DNA of 64,000 nt from contig JBBPZA010000123.1 of the NCBI GenBank assembly GCA_038199375.1, positions 4,228-68,227 on the forward strand, in the 5' to 3' direction. This DNA comes from Solirubrobacterales bacterium (lineage in GTDB: Bacteria; Actinomycetota; Thermoleophilia; Solirubrobacterales; Solirubrobacteraceae). Shown here in pieces: positions 18,672 to 28,467 of the stretch (position 1 is its first letter; each line of letters starts with the position of its first letter). Both the position numbers and the translations under genes were made by a program. The notes beneath the pieces were generated by a model, which saw nothing but the letters and a program-made list of their open reading frames with translations, ran no database searches and had not been told where the DNA came from.

Positions 18672-19882
18672 GCATCGCTGACCATTCACCGTCGTCGCCC
18701 GCACCGTCCGGGTTGGAGCGGCTGCCCGCGTGGGCGCTCGCCGTCGTCCCGCTCGTGCTCATCGTTTCGGCGCTCGGCGCCTTCGCGGCGTTCGGCGGCG
18801 CGACGCTCGGCGAGCGCGTCGGTCCTCCAGCCGAGGAGCTCGCCGTCGAGCGCACCGTGCTGCGACCGGGAGAGATCGACCTGACCGTGCGCAACACCGG
18901 GCCAGACCCCGTCCAAGTCGCGCAGGTCTTCGTCAACGACGCCTACGTCGACTACAGCGCCAGCAAGCAGGAGGTCGGCCGGCTCAGCACCCAAGAGCTC
19001 AAGCTCGACTACCCCTGGCAGGAGGGATCGCCGTACGTCGTCACGATGGTGACCGCCACCGGCGTGACCGTCGAGCACGAGATCGAGGCCGCGGTCGAGA
19101 CACCGACTCCAGGCGGCGGCTTCTTCGGGCTCATGGCGCTCATCGGCGTCTACATCGGGGTGTTGCCGGTCGTGTTGGGCATGCTCTTCCTCCCGTTGCT
19201 GCGGCGCCTTGACGAGCGCTGGGTGCGGCTGGCCATGGCCGTGACCATCGGCCTGCTGGGCTTTCTGGTCATCGACGGCTCGCTGGAAGGCCGCGAGATC
19301 GCCGAGGGCAGCTCGGGTGTCTTCGGGGGCGTCGAGCTGGTCATCATCGGCGCGACCGTCGCGTACTTCGCGCTCACGGCGGTCGATCGGTACCTGCTCT
19401 CCCGGCGCGACGTCGCCCAGGCCAAGGGAGCGTCGGGCTTTCGCCTCGCGCTCATGATCTCCGTCGGCATCGGACTGCATAATCTCGGTGAGGGGCTGGC
19501 GATCGGGTCGGCCTACGCGATCGGGGCGCTCGCGCTCGGCGCCTTCCTCATCATCGGCTTCGCGATTCAGAACACCACAGAGGGTCTGGCCATCGTCGCG
19601 CCGCTCAACGCCGAGCGCCCGAGTCTCGGTCGCCTCGCGCTGCTCGGCGTCATCGCGGGGGCGCCTGCCATCCTCGGTACGGTCGTCGGCGCCGCCGCCT
19701 TCAACGCCGAGCTGGCCGCACTGCTGATCGGCATCGGCGTCGGCGCCGTCGTCCAGGTCATCCAGCAGCTCATTCCCGCCATGCGCGACGGCGCAGGTCG
19801 CGCCCTGTACCCAGCGAGCATCGGCGGCATGCTTGCCGGCGGCGCGGCGCTCTATGTCACCGGGCTGCTGGTCAGCGCGTGA
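18668..19882 (+). CDS. ZIP-family divalent metal transporter with extra N-terminal TM plus extracytoplasmic domain
   Basis: ZIP signature helices GIGLHNLGEGLAIGSAY and FAIQNTTEGLAIVAPL. About 130 aa of N-terminal extension with one TM helix. ATGA overlap with the oxidase gene. Confidence 0.85.
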   Translation: MSIADHSPSSPAPSGLERLPAWALAVVPLVLIVSALGAFAAFGGATLGERVGPPAEELAVERTVLRPGEIDLTVRNTGPDPVQVAQVFVNDAYVDYSASKQEVGRLSTQELKLDYPWQEGSPYVVTMVTATGVTVEHEIEAAVETPTPGGGFFGLMALIGVYIGVLPVVLGMLFLPLLRRLDERWVRLAMAVTIGLLGFLVIDGSLEGREIAEGSSGVFGGVELVIIGATVAYFALTAVDRYLLSRRDVAQAKGASGFRLALMISVGIGLHNLGEGLAIGSAYAIGALALGAFLIIGFAIQNTTEGLAIVAPLNAERPSLGRLALLGVIAGAPAILGTVVGAAAFNAELAALLIGIGVGAVVQVIQQLIPAMRDGAGRALYPASIGGMLAGGAALYVTGLLVSA

Positions 19883-20580
19883 TGGTTGTGAACGTCCACC
19901 CGACCTCGCACACGCACACCGGCGCCAGTGAGGCCGTCGAGGACTACGCCAAGGCGATCTATGCCCTGCAGGGCAAGGTTGGCGGCCGGCCCGTCACCAC
20001 CAGCCAGTTGGCCGCACGACTTCAGGTCACCCCCGGCTCCGCCTCCGCGATGGTCAAAAAGCTCGCCGAGCTCGGGCTCGCGGAGCACACCCCCTATAAG
20101 GGCGTCACCCTGACCGGCGAAGGCGAGCGCCTCGCACTGGAGGTGCTGCGCCACCACCGCCTCCTGGAGCTCTACCTCGCCGAGCACCTCGACGTGCCCT
20201 GGGACCGCGTACACGACGAGGCCGACGCGCTCGAGCACGTGCTCTCCGAAGAGCTCGAGGCGCGCATCGCCGCCAAGCTGGGCCACCCGACGCATGATCC
20301 GCACGGCGACCCGATCCCCACCGCCAAGCTCACGCTCGAAGAGCACCCCACCACCAGCATGGCCGCCGTGGGCCCCTGCATGCGCGGCCGGCTCGTGCGG
20401 GTCTCTGACGCCAACCCCGAGATGCTGCGCTACCTCGAGCAGCAGGGTGTCGCGGTCGGCGACGCCTTTGAGGTGGTCGACCGCCAACCCTTCGACGGTC
20501 CCATCACGGTCCGCTTCGGCGAGCACCTTCACGTGCTCGGTGGCGCGCTGGCCTGCGCCATGCGCGTCCAGCTCGACTGA
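19879..20580 (+). CDS. DtxR/IdeR/MntR-family metal-dependent transcriptional regulator with C-terminal FeoA/SH3-like domain
   Basis: VEDYAKAIYALQ...TTSQLAARLQVTPGSASAMVKKLAELGL...LTGEGERLALEVLRHHRLLELYL...EADALEHVLSEELEARI...HDPHGDPIP is canonical DtxR family. The start overlaps the ZIP stop. Confidence 0.9.
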   Translation: MMVVNVHPTSHTHTGASEAVEDYAKAIYALQGKVGGRPVTTSQLAARLQVTPGSASAMVKKLAELGLAEHTPYKGVTLTGEGERLALEVLRHHRLLELYLAEHLDVPWDRVHDEADALEHVLSEELEARIAAKLGHPTHDPHGDPIPTAKLTLEEHPTTSMAAVGPCMRGRLVRVSDANPEMLRYLEQQGVAVGDAFEVVDRQPFDGPITVRFGEHLHVLGGALACAMRVQLD

Positions 20581-20581
20581 G

Positions 20582-20953
20582 ATGGACGCCGACCAGCCCA
20601 TGCACGCGGCGACCCCGCGGCGCCTCGCCTCCCCGCTCGCCGCCGTCCTGCTCGCGGGGGCGGCGCTGCTCGCCGGCGGGTGCGGCGACGACAGTGATGC
20701 CGGCGTGCGGATCGGCATGCAGGATCTGCAGTTCGAGCCGCGCGAGGAGACCGTGCGGGTCGGCCAGCGCGTCGAGTGGCGCAACGACGAGGACGCCCCC
20801 CACAACGTCCTCGCCACCGCCGGCGCGCGCTTCCGGTCAGAGACCCTCGGCCGCGACGACACGTTCGCGTTCACGCCGAGCCGGGCCGGCGCCATCCGCT
20901 ACGTCTGCACCCTTCACCCGGGAATGACCGGAACGCTGCGAGTAGCCGGATGA
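20582..20953 (+). CDS. cupredoxin (type-1 copper) lipoprotein
   Basis: ATG at 20582 comes directly after the regulator stop. Lipobox LLAGGCG. Copper ligands APHNV and YVCTLHPGMTG (C-x2-H-x2-M). Confidence 0.8.
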   Translation: MDADQPMHAATPRRLASPLAAVLLAGAALLAGGCGDDSDAGVRIGMQDLQFEPREETVRVGQRVEWRNDEDAPHNVLATAGARFRSETLGRDDTFAFTPSRAGAIRYVCTLHPGMTGTLRVAG

Positions 20954-21156
20954 GCGGCACGACGCACCCAGGCGCCGCGCGGCCTCTCGCGGCTCTGGGA
21001 GAGCGGCTCGAGCTCCGCTCCACGGGGCCGCGGGGCAACCAGACGGTGGCCGAGCTGCGCTCCGATTACGAGCTCCTCACGAGCGGCGAGCGTCTTGCTC
21101 AGGCATCTCGGTTGAGTCGGACAGTCACGGGAATCGCTGCCGGGCGCAAGCCGTGA
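20951..21156 (+). CDS. hypothetical small protein (ATGA-coupled to the cupredoxin gene)
   Basis: 68-codon ORF starting in the ATGA overlap at 20951-20954. GC3 is high in the first two-thirds. No motif. Confidence 0.25.
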
Positions 21157-21235
21157 ACGGTTTCGAGCGCGGCGAGGATGCGCGAGCCGCCCAGCTCCGG
21201 CCGGAGGAGCTGCTCTCGGTAGCCAGAGCGCGGGC

Positions 21236-22210
21236 CTACCCGATGAAGCCCTCGTCCTTGAGCCACTCCTGGACGACCTTGTCGTCCGGGACCCCGTTGA
21301 CTTCGACCTCTGCGTTGAGATCCTGCAGCTTCTTGCTGTCGAGCTTCGCCGCGATGGGTCTGAAGATCGCCTCCAGTTGTGGATTGGCCTTCAGGACCTC
21401 TTCGCGCACGTTGAGCGCGGGGTTGTTCTTGGGAAAGAAGTCCTTGTCGTCCTCGATAGTCCTGAGGTTGTTGGGGCTGATGCGACCGTCGGTGATTGAG
21501 ACCTGGCCGAAGTTGCACGTGCCGCCCTTGTCGACGCCCTGGTTGATCTCGCCGTAGATCAGGCCCTCGGCTTCGAGCTTGACGACCTTCGGGAACTTGA
21601 AGGCGTAAGCCTTCTCCACGCCAGGAAGGCCGTCCTTTCGGGTGGAGAACTGCTCGCCGACGCACACCGAGGCCTCGCCGGGGATCGTCGAGATGAGCGT
21701 CTCGAAGTCCGAGATCTTCCTGACGCCGAACCTCTCGTAGGACTCGCTCTTGACCGCGAAGGTGTAGGTGTTGTTGGCGGGGGCGGGCTCCAGCCAGCGG
21801 ATCTTGTTCACCTCGAGATCCTTGGCGGCCACCGCCTGGTACTGCTTACGCTCGTCCGGGATTGCCTTCTCCTTTAGGTAGGTCACCCACGCCGTGCCCG
21901 TGTACTCCCAGTACAGGTCGATGTCCCCGGAGGTCAGCGCCTCGCGCGCGGCGACGTTGCCCACCAGGCCGGTCTTGTCCTTGACCGTCGCGCCTGCCGC
22001 CTTGAGCACCTGGATGGTGATCACGGCGAGCAGCTTCTGCTCGGTGGAATCCTTGGAGCCCACCGTGATCGACTTACCCTTCAGCGCATCCGCCGGGATG
22101 CTGCCGCCGCTGCCCGTGCCCTCTTCCTCGCCGCACCCGGCGATCACGAGCATGAAGGCAGCGAATGCCGCCACCAGGAGCGCCGACGGGCTCCTCGTTG
22201 TCCGTCGCAT
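21236..22210 (-). CDS. glycine betaine/osmoprotectant ABC transporter substrate-binding lipoprotein (OpuBC/OpuCC-like)
   Basis: Signal plus lipobox FMLVIAGCGEE. ITVGSKDSTEQKLLAVI...DLYWEYTGTAW...DDKDFFPKNNPALNVREEV fits the type 2 osmoprotectant-binding family. No permease or ATPase genes are adjacent. Confidence 0.8.
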   Translation of the reverse strand: MRRTTRSPSALLVAAFAAFMLVIAGCGEEEGTGSGGSIPADALKGKSITVGSKDSTEQKLLAVITIQVLKAAGATVKDKTGLVGNVAAREALTSGDIDLYWEYTGTAWVTYLKEKAIPDERKQYQAVAAKDLEVNKIRWLEPAPANNTYTFAVKSESYERFGVRKISDFETLISTIPGEASVCVGEQFSTRKDGLPGVEKAYAFKFPKVVKLEAEGLIYGEINQGVDKGGTCNFGQVSITDGRISPNNLRTIEDDKDFFPKNNPALNVREEVLKANPQLEAIFRPIAAKLDSKKLQDLNAEVEVNGVPDDKVVQEWLKDEGFIG

Positions 22211-22258
22211 GGACCATTCCCTCCCTATTGGTTGGCCTACACCTTCGCAAGACGGGCG

Positions 22259-23389
22259 CTAAAGGGGCTGGAGGTCGCGCGCGGGATCGATCGACCAGCG
22301 GCGCGCGACCTCGGCGAGCGCGTCGTCGAGCGGCCAGCGGTCTGGGCGAAGCTCGCCCTCGAAGTCCGGGACGCCGCCCTTGAGGGCCATCGAGCCGGTG
22401 TTGTCGCCGGTGGCGCGGAGCTCCGCCACCTCCTCGGCGCTCAGGACGAGCCCGGACGGCGTCGCGGCGAGCTCGATTCGCTTGTCCTCGATCGCCCGCG
22501 CGCCGGCGCCAGCCTCCTGGATGAGCGTGGGCGCCGTGCAGGCGACGGGCGCACGGGCGAGGTCCCACTGGCAGGCAAGCTGGAGCATGGTCAGCCCGTG
22601 GCGCCGGGCGATCGGGCGCATGCGCTCCATCCGCTCCGTGCCCGCCTCGACCCAGCCCGCCGGCCGGAAGCCGCGATGGTCTCCGCGCCGGAACTCGTGG
22701 CCGACGCGGACGTCGTCGTGGAAGAGGCCCCCGTAGTCGACGACGCGCGCGATCAGCGCCACGCCCGCCGAATGTGCGGCGGGGAGCACGAGCTCCCCGG
22801 GCCACGGCTCCAGCGGGTTGAGGATGATCATCGCCCAGTCGATCAACGAACCGAAGCGCTCGAGGCAGGCGATCAGGTCGAGCGTGAAGCCGTTGGCCGG
22901 GCCGGGGGCGAGGCCGATCATGCGCGTCAGGCCCGCCGAGCGCAGGGCGGCCATGCCCTCCCAGACGGCGTCGTCGGTGTAGCCGATCCGGTCGGGGTTG
23001 TGGAGCAGGAGGAGGTCGAAGCGGTCGACTCCGCAACGCTCGAGCGAGTGCTCGGCCGCGGCGCGAAGGTAGGAGGCGTACTGGTCAGGGCCCCGAAGCC
23101 GCGGGTCGGTGAAGCGCGGGAAGCCCCGCGGGCCGTCGCGCTCGCCCTCGTAGAAGTCGTGGCCGATCGCGCCCACGAGGCAGTACTCATCCCGCGGGAT
23201 CCCGCGAAGGGCCCGCCCGAGCAGGCGGTCGGCCTCGCCCGCGCCGTAGACGTCGGCGGTGAGCACGGTGTCGATGCCGCGGCCCGGGCGCACCAGCGCC
23301 TCGAGCCGGTCGTCCGAGAGCGGCTCGCCGAAGTGCATGAAGCGCCCGCCGCTCCAGGTGCCCACGGCGACGTGGGAGGGGTCGCGCAT
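22259..23389 (-). CDS. aldo/keto reductase family oxidoreductase
   Basis: [24 protein letters not shown]...[10 protein letters not shown]...[10 protein letters not shown] is the AKR pattern. The start is uncertain: ATG at 23389 (MRDPSHV) or TTG at 23434. Confidence 0.8.
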   Translation of the reverse strand: MRDPSHVAVGTWSGGRFMHFGEPLSDDRLEALVRPGRGIDTVLTADVYGAGEADRLLGRALRGIPRDEYCLVGAIGHDFYEGERDGPRGFPRFTDPRLRGPDQYASYLRAAAEHSLERCGVDRFDLLLLHNPDRIGYTDDAVWEGMAALRSAGLTRMIGLAPGPANGFTLDLIACLERFGSLIDWAMIILNPLEPWPGELVLPAAHSAGVALIARVVDYGGLFHDDVRVGHEFRRGDHRGFRPAGWVEAGTERMERMRPIARRHGLTMLQLACQWDLARAPVACTAPTLIQEAGAGARAIEDKRIELAATPSGLVLSAEEVAELRATGDNTGSMALKGGVPDFEGELRPDRWPLDDALAEVARRWSIDPARDLQPL

Positions 23390-23465
23390 CCTCCCAGGGT
23401 ACGAGTCGGCGGCTCGCGGCGGCCGATCGCGCAAGGCGTCCGCGTGCCGCCGAGCGCGACCGCGG

Positions 23466-24254
23466 TCAGCTCTCGGGCGGCTGCTGGGCCAGCTTGATCA
23501 CCGAGAAGACCTCGCCGTGGGGCCCGTTGAGCACCGCGAAGCGCCCGATGGAAATGTCCGTCGGCGCAATCGACACCTTCCCGCCCAGCGAGCCCGCCTT
23601 CTCGGCCGCCTCGTCGGTGTCGTCCACCGCGAAGGAGACCGACCAGTGCGGGGGAATGTCCTCCGGCCACTGGTCGCTCATCTCCGTCGCCCCGCCGACA
23701 TTCTTGCCGTCGAGCAGCCACAGGGTGTAGTCGGTCCCCTCCATCTGCGAGGTCTCCGGCGTCCAGCCGAACACCTCGCCGTAGAAGGTTCTTGCGCCTT
23801 CGAGGTCGCGGGTGGCCAGCTCGTTCCAGCACAGCGAGCCCGGCTCGTTGACCACCGCGGCGCCTTTGTGGTCCCCCGGCTGCCAGACGGCGAAGGCGGC
23901 GCCCTCGCTGTCGAGGAAGACCGCCATCCGGCCCGCCGTCAGCACGTCCATCGGCTCGAGCATGGCCTGGCCGCCCGCCTCGGCGACCTTCGCCGCCGTC
24001 GCGGCGGCGTCCTCCACGCTCACGTAGGTCGTCCACATCGGCGGCTGGCCCTCGCCCTGGAGCGGCCCGAGCCCCGCGACGTGCCTTCCGCCGAGCATGA
24101 ACATCCGGTAGCCGCCGGTCTCCTCGATCGTGCCGGTCTCCACCGCCTCCCAGCCGAACAGACCTTCGTAGAAGCGCGCCGAAGCCTCGGGATCCGGCGA
24201 TCCGAGGTCGACCCACGACGGGGTTCCGGGGGCGTAGGCATCAGGCTCGCTCAC
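23466..24254 (-). CDS. two-domain VOC/glyoxalase-family protein
   Basis: GTG at 24254 follows AAGGAG. Duplicated VOC modules: [24 protein letters not shown]...FAVWQ and [24 protein letters not shown]...FSVIK. Confidence 0.8.
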   Translation of the reverse strand: MSEPDAYAPGTPSWVDLGSPDPEASARFYEGLFGWEAVETGTIEETGGYRMFMLGGRHVAGLGPLQGEGQPPMWTTYVSVEDAAATAAKVAEAGGQAMLEPMDVLTAGRMAVFLDSEGAAFAVWQPGDHKGAAVVNEPGSLCWNELATRDLEGARTFYGEVFGWTPETSQMEGTDYTLWLLDGKNVGGATEMSDQWPEDIPPHWSVSFAVDDTDEAAEKAGSLGGKVSIAPTDISIGRFAVLNGPHGEVFSVIKLAQQPPES

Positions 24255-24449
24255 GGCGGCGGCTCCTTGCAATCGGGCGGTCGGCGGGGGCCGGATCCTC
24301 TCACGAGGGGGTCGCGTGCGCCACCGCGACACCCAAAGAGGTCAAGCCGCGGGCGCTGCGCGCCGAAATATCGAGGAAGGAAGGCGTCGAAGCGCACCGC
24401 GACGACGCCCAAGACCAGACACGCGGACTCGACAGACACGAGGAGAACC

Positions 24450-25937
24450 ATGACCCCCGTCCTCAAACGGGACGCGGATGACGCGCCCGCCCGCCGCTTT
24501 CGGCTCCGGCTCGACGGCCCCGCGCGCAAGCTTGCCCTGGGCAGCGCGGCGATCGCGCTGCTCGTGGCCCTCTCCGTCGTCGCGACGATCTGGCGCCTGG
24601 ACGTCGTCCAGGCGAAGTACGGGCTCGTCGAGAGGCAGGCGGCCTCGTCGGCGGGGCTCGGCGAGTTGCGCGCCAACATCTCCGATCGCTCCGAGGCGAC
24701 CCACCGCGCCATCGACCGTGGGGACGGCCGGTCCCGGCGCGAGGTCTCAAACCTCGAGGTGACCTTCGCGCCGCTCGTCGACCGGATCCTGCGCGACGGC
24801 CACAACGACGCCGAGGCCCGCCGCTCGCTCACCGACATCCGCACGGCCAACCTCGCCGTGGTTCGGGCAACCGACGCCGCGCTGCGGGCGATCGGCACCC
24901 GTGGGGGCGACGCGGCCGAGCGGCGCTTCGAAGCCAGCGTCGACGACGTCGAAGCCGTCGTCACTCGGTATGCGCGCGGCGAAGCGGCCGAGGTGCCCGA
25001 GTTCGCCGACGCCGCGGCGAGGGCGACCGACCAGGCGCGAATCGTGGCCCTGCTGTTCGGGCTCCTCGCCCTCCTCGTGACCCTCGCGCTCGCCGTCTAC
25101 GCAATCCGTCTGTTCAAGCGGCTCTTCGATCGCATCAAGAAGGCCTCCGTCGTCCTCAACGGCGCCTCGTCGGAGATGCGCGCGGCCGCGAGTCAGGCGG
25201 CGGCGGCGACCAGCCAGCAGTCCGCCGCGATCGCCGAGGTCGCGGCGACCGTCGACGAGCTCGCCGCGACCGCGGCGTCCATCGCCGACACCACCCGGCG
25301 CGGCGCCGGGGCGGCCGAGCAGACCGGGGCCTCGATGCACGACATGCGCGAGGAGGTCCAGGCCATCTCCGATCGATCGCTCGCCCTGGGCGCCCGCAGC
25401 CAGCAGATCGGAGAGATCCTCGAGCTCATCAACGAGATCGCCGAGCAGACCAACCTGCTTGCCCTCAACGCCGCGATAGAAGCGGCCCGCGCCGGCGATG
25501 CCGGTCGCGGCTTCGCCGTCGTCGCGAGCGAGGTCCGCAAGCTCGCAGAGCGCAGCGTTCGCTCGACCGAGTCGATCAAGGAGATCGTTTCCTCCGTCCA
25601 GGACGAGACCAACGCGACGATCATGGCGACCGAGCAGGGCTCCAAGCGCGCCCAGGAGGTCGCCGATCTCATGGGCGAGACCGCGGAGGGCCTCGACGAG
25701 AGCACCCGCGCGACCGAGCAGCAGAAGGAGGCGGCCGGCCAGGTCGCCTCCACGATGGTCGAGATTCGCAGCGCCGCCGAGCAGCTCGCCGGCGAGCAGG
25801 AGCAGCGGGCCAGCATCGCCGGGCAGGTCGAGGATCTCGTCCGCGACCTCGAGGCGGTGCTCGCCGACGAGGGCCTGGCGACCGCCGGCGAGCCGGTCGC
25901 GTCCGCCAACGGAGCCGGCCCGGCGAGGATGTCGTGA
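24450..25937 (+). CDS. methyl-accepting chemotaxis protein (two TM helices, short signalling domain)
   Basis: ATG at 24450 follows AGGAGA. Highly conserved MCP hairpin [43 protein letters not shown] helices [21 protein letters not shown] and [22 protein letters not shown]. Confidence 0.9.
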   Translation: MTPVLKRDADDAPARRFRLRLDGPARKLALGSAAIALLVALSVVATIWRLDVVQAKYGLVERQAASSAGLGELRANISDRSEATHRAIDRGDGRSRREVSNLEVTFAPLVDRILRDGHNDAEARRSLTDIRTANLAVVRATDAALRAIGTRGGDAAERRFEASVDDVEAVVTRYARGEAAEVPEFADAAARATDQARIVALLFGLLALLVTLALAVYAIRLFKRLFDRIKKASVVLNGASSEMRAAASQAAAATSQQSAAIAEVAATVDELAATAASIADTTRRGAGAAEQTGASMHDMREEVQAISDRSLALGARSQQIGEILELINEIAEQTNLLALNAAIEAARAGDAGRGFAVVASEVRKLAERSVRSTESIKEIVSSVQDETNATIMATEQGSKRAQEVADLMGETAEGLDESTRATEQQKEAAGQVASTMVEIRSAAEQLAGEQEQRASIAGQVEDLVRDLEAVLADEGLATAGEPVASANGAGPARMS

Positions 25938-26341
25938 GCGCCACCCACGTTCGCGTTCGCGTCGGCGAGGAGCACTACGCCCTCCCGATCGAGGAAGTCA
26001 CCGAGGTCTCAGAGCTCCCGGTGCGGACCCCCGTGCCCGAAGCGCCGAGCACCGTCCTGGGGGTCGCCAGCCTCCGCGGGCAGGTCATCCCGGTCGCCGA
26101 CCTGGCGGCGATCCTCGGCGTGGGGCGCTCCGAGCGCCCGGGCCGGATGGTCGTCGCCCAGGTGGGCGGGCACCGCGCCGGCCTCGCCGTCGACGCCGTG
26201 ACCGACGTCGGCGTCCTTCCCACCGCGTCTGAGCCCGCGGGCGGCCGGCACCTGGCCGGCGCCGCGCTCGTCGAGGGCGACCTCGTCGGCCTCCTCGCGG
26301 TCGGATCGGTGCTCGATGCCATCGGCGGTGGCCGGGGATGA
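25934..26341 (+). CDS. cheW: CheW coupling protein
   Basis: [46 protein letters not shown] is the CheW-like domain. GTGA overlap with the MCP stop. Confidence 0.9.
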   Translation: MSATHVRVRVGEEHYALPIEEVTEVSELPVRTPVPEAPSTVLGVASLRGQVIPVADLAAILGVGRSERPGRMVVAQVGGHRAGLAVDAVTDVGVLPTASEPAGGRHLAGAALVEGDLVGLLAVGSVLDAIGGGRG

Positions 26342-28467
26342 GCGGCCCCGACGCAGCCCTGCTCGACCTCTTCCGCGAGGAGACGGCCGAGCGCCTGGAC
26401 CGCATCGTCGAGGGCCTGCTGGCCGCCGAGGCCGGCGGCGCCCACGCGGAGCAGGTCGACGCGCTCTTTCGCGACGTCCACTCCATCAAGGGCAACGCCG
26501 GCATGGTGGGCTTCGACGAGGCTCGGGCCATAGCGCACGCCATGGAGGACCTCCTCGACCGCTCGCGGGAGCGCGGCGAGCTGGCCCTCTCCCTGGTCGA
26601 GCCCCTCCTGCAGGCCTCGGACGCCATTCGACGGGCGGTCGAGGGCGAGCACGGCGTGGCCGCCCCGGCGATCGCCCGCTTGAGCGTGCACGACGAAGGG
26701 CCGCAGACGCCCCGCGAAGCATCTGTGGCCGGGGGAGCGCCCGTGGCCGGGGGAGCGTCGCCGACCGCAGGAGCGTCCGCCAATGGGGACGCTTCGACGA
26801 CTGGGCCCGCGCCCGCCGCCGCCGGCGGCTCGCTCCGGGTCGCGGCCGAGAAGGTCGACACGCTCCTCGACGCGGTCGGCGAGGCCTCGCTGCACCACCG
26901 CCGCATCGAGCACCTCGTCGGCGACGACTCCCGGAGCGCCGGCAACGAGGCTCTCGATGAGGAGCTCGACCGCGGCCAGCGGCTCCTGGGCGACCTCCAG
27001 GACGCTGTCCTTCAGATGCGAACGCTGCCGCTCGCTTCGATCGCCGGACGCTTCCCGCGGGCGGTGCGCGACCTCGCCGTGCACGAGGGCAAGGAGGTCG
27101 AGCTCGTGCTGGAGGGCACCGAGACGCAGCTCGACCGCACGATCCTCGACGGAATCTCCGAGACGATCTCCCACCTGCTCTCGAACGCCGTCGTGCACGG
27201 CCTCGAGCCCGCCGCCGAGCGTGAGCAGGCCGGCAAGCCGGCGCGGGGCCGCGTCGAGCTGCGCGCCGAGCAGCGCGGCGGCATGGTCGCCATCGAGGTC
27301 TCAGACGACGGCCGGGGCGTCCGCGACGAGGTCCTGCGCGAGGCGAGCCGGCGCGGCTCGCTCGTCGACGTGCTGGCCGAGGCCGGCTTCTCGACCGCCG
27401 AGCGCGTGACCGAGGCGGCCGGGCGGGGTGTGGGGCTCGATGCCGTCAAGACGAGCGTCGAGGCCCTCGGGGGCAGCCTGGAAGTCGTCAGCCGCCCCGG
27501 GTCGGGCACGCGCGCCACTCTGTTGCTTCCGCTGACCCTCGCCCTGCTGCGGGTCCTGCTCGTCGAGCGCGACGGCTATCCCTTCGGCATCCCGCTCGGA
27601 AGCGTCATCGAGGCGCTTCCCGTCGAGCACAGCACCGCGCTGGGCGGCCGGACGGTGCTCGAGCTTCGCGGTCGCTCGGTCGCGCTGACCGATCTGGCCC
27701 AGAGCCTGGGCGCCGCCGGCGCGCCGCTCGGACCGCGCGCGCCGGCCATCGTCGTCGCCGCCGGCGGCGAGCGGGCCGCCCTGCTGGTCGACGGAGTCCT
27801 CGGCGAGCAGGAGGTCGTGGTCAAGTCGCTCGGCCTGCTGGCGTGGGTGCCGGGCTACCTCGGCGCGGCCGTCCTGGGCGACGGGCGAGTCGCCCTCGTG
27901 CTCGACCCCGCCCACGTGATCCGCAGGGCCGCCCTCGGCCGCTCCGCGCCGCCCGCCGCGCGTAACGCCCCGACGCTCGACGCGGGCACCCAGAACGCCG
28001 CCGTTCCCAAGGGAAGCGGCGGCGTCAACGGGAGTGTGGGCGCCAACGAGAGGCCGTCGGCCAACGGCGGCGCAGCCGCCAACGGGGCCTCGCGGCGCTC
28101 GCGGGTCCTCGTCGTCGACGACCAGATCACCGTCCGCGAGCTTCAGCGCAGCATCCTGGAGACCGCCGGCTACGAGGTCGGCACCGCCCGCGACGGGCGC
28201 GAGGCGCTCGACGCGCTGACCGGCGACGCGGTCGTCGACCTTGTCGTGACCGACCTGCAGATGCCCAACCTCGACGGCATCGGGCTGCTCGAGGCGATCC
28301 GGGCGGACCCCGAGCGCGCCGAGCTTCCGGTCGTCGTCCTCACCTCGATGGGCGACGAGGCCGACCGGCGCAAGGGCGCGCAGGCCGGCGCGGACGCCTA
28401 CCTCGTCAAGCGCGACTTCGACCAGCGCGCCCTGCTGGACACCGTGGCCCGGCTGATCGGCGAATGA
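26338..28467 (+). CDS. cheA: CheA histidine kinase with fused C-terminal receiver domain
   Basis: P1 HPt FRDVHSIKGNAGMVGF. HATPase N/G boxes HLLSNAVVHGLE and DDGRGV...GRGVGLDAV. Internal CheW-like domain. C-terminal REC VLVVDDQ...VVTDLQMPNLDG...AYLVK. Confidence 0.92.
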   Translation: MSGPDAALLDLFREETAERLDRIVEGLLAAEAGGAHAEQVDALFRDVHSIKGNAGMVGFDEARAIAHAMEDLLDRSRERGELALSLVEPLLQASDAIRRAVEGEHGVAAPAIARLSVHDEGPQTPREASVAGGAPVAGGASPTAGASANGDASTTGPAPAAAGGSLRVAAEKVDTLLDAVGEASLHHRRIEHLVGDDSRSAGNEALDEELDRGQRLLGDLQDAVLQMRTLPLASIAGRFPRAVRDLAVHEGKEVELVLEGTETQLDRTILDGISETISHLLSNAVVHGLEPAAEREQAGKPARGRVELRAEQRGGMVAIEVSDDGRGVRDEVLREASRRGSLVDVLAEAGFSTAERVTEAAGRGVGLDAVKTSVEALGGSLEVVSRPGSGTRATLLLPLTLALLRVLLVERDGYPFGIPLGSVIEALPVEHSTALGGRTVLELRGRSVALTDLAQSLGAAGAPLGPRAPAIVVAAGGERAALLVDGVLGEQEVVVKSLGLLAWVPGYLGAAVLGDGRVALVLDPAHVIRRAALGRSAPPAARNAPTLDAGTQNAAVPKGSGGVNGSVGANERPSANGGAAANGASRRSRVLVVDDQITVRELQRSILETAGYEVGTARDGREALDALTGDAVVDLVVTDLQMPNLDGIGLLEAIRADPERAELPVVVLTSMGDEADRRKGAQAGADAYLVKRDFDQRALLDTVARLIGE

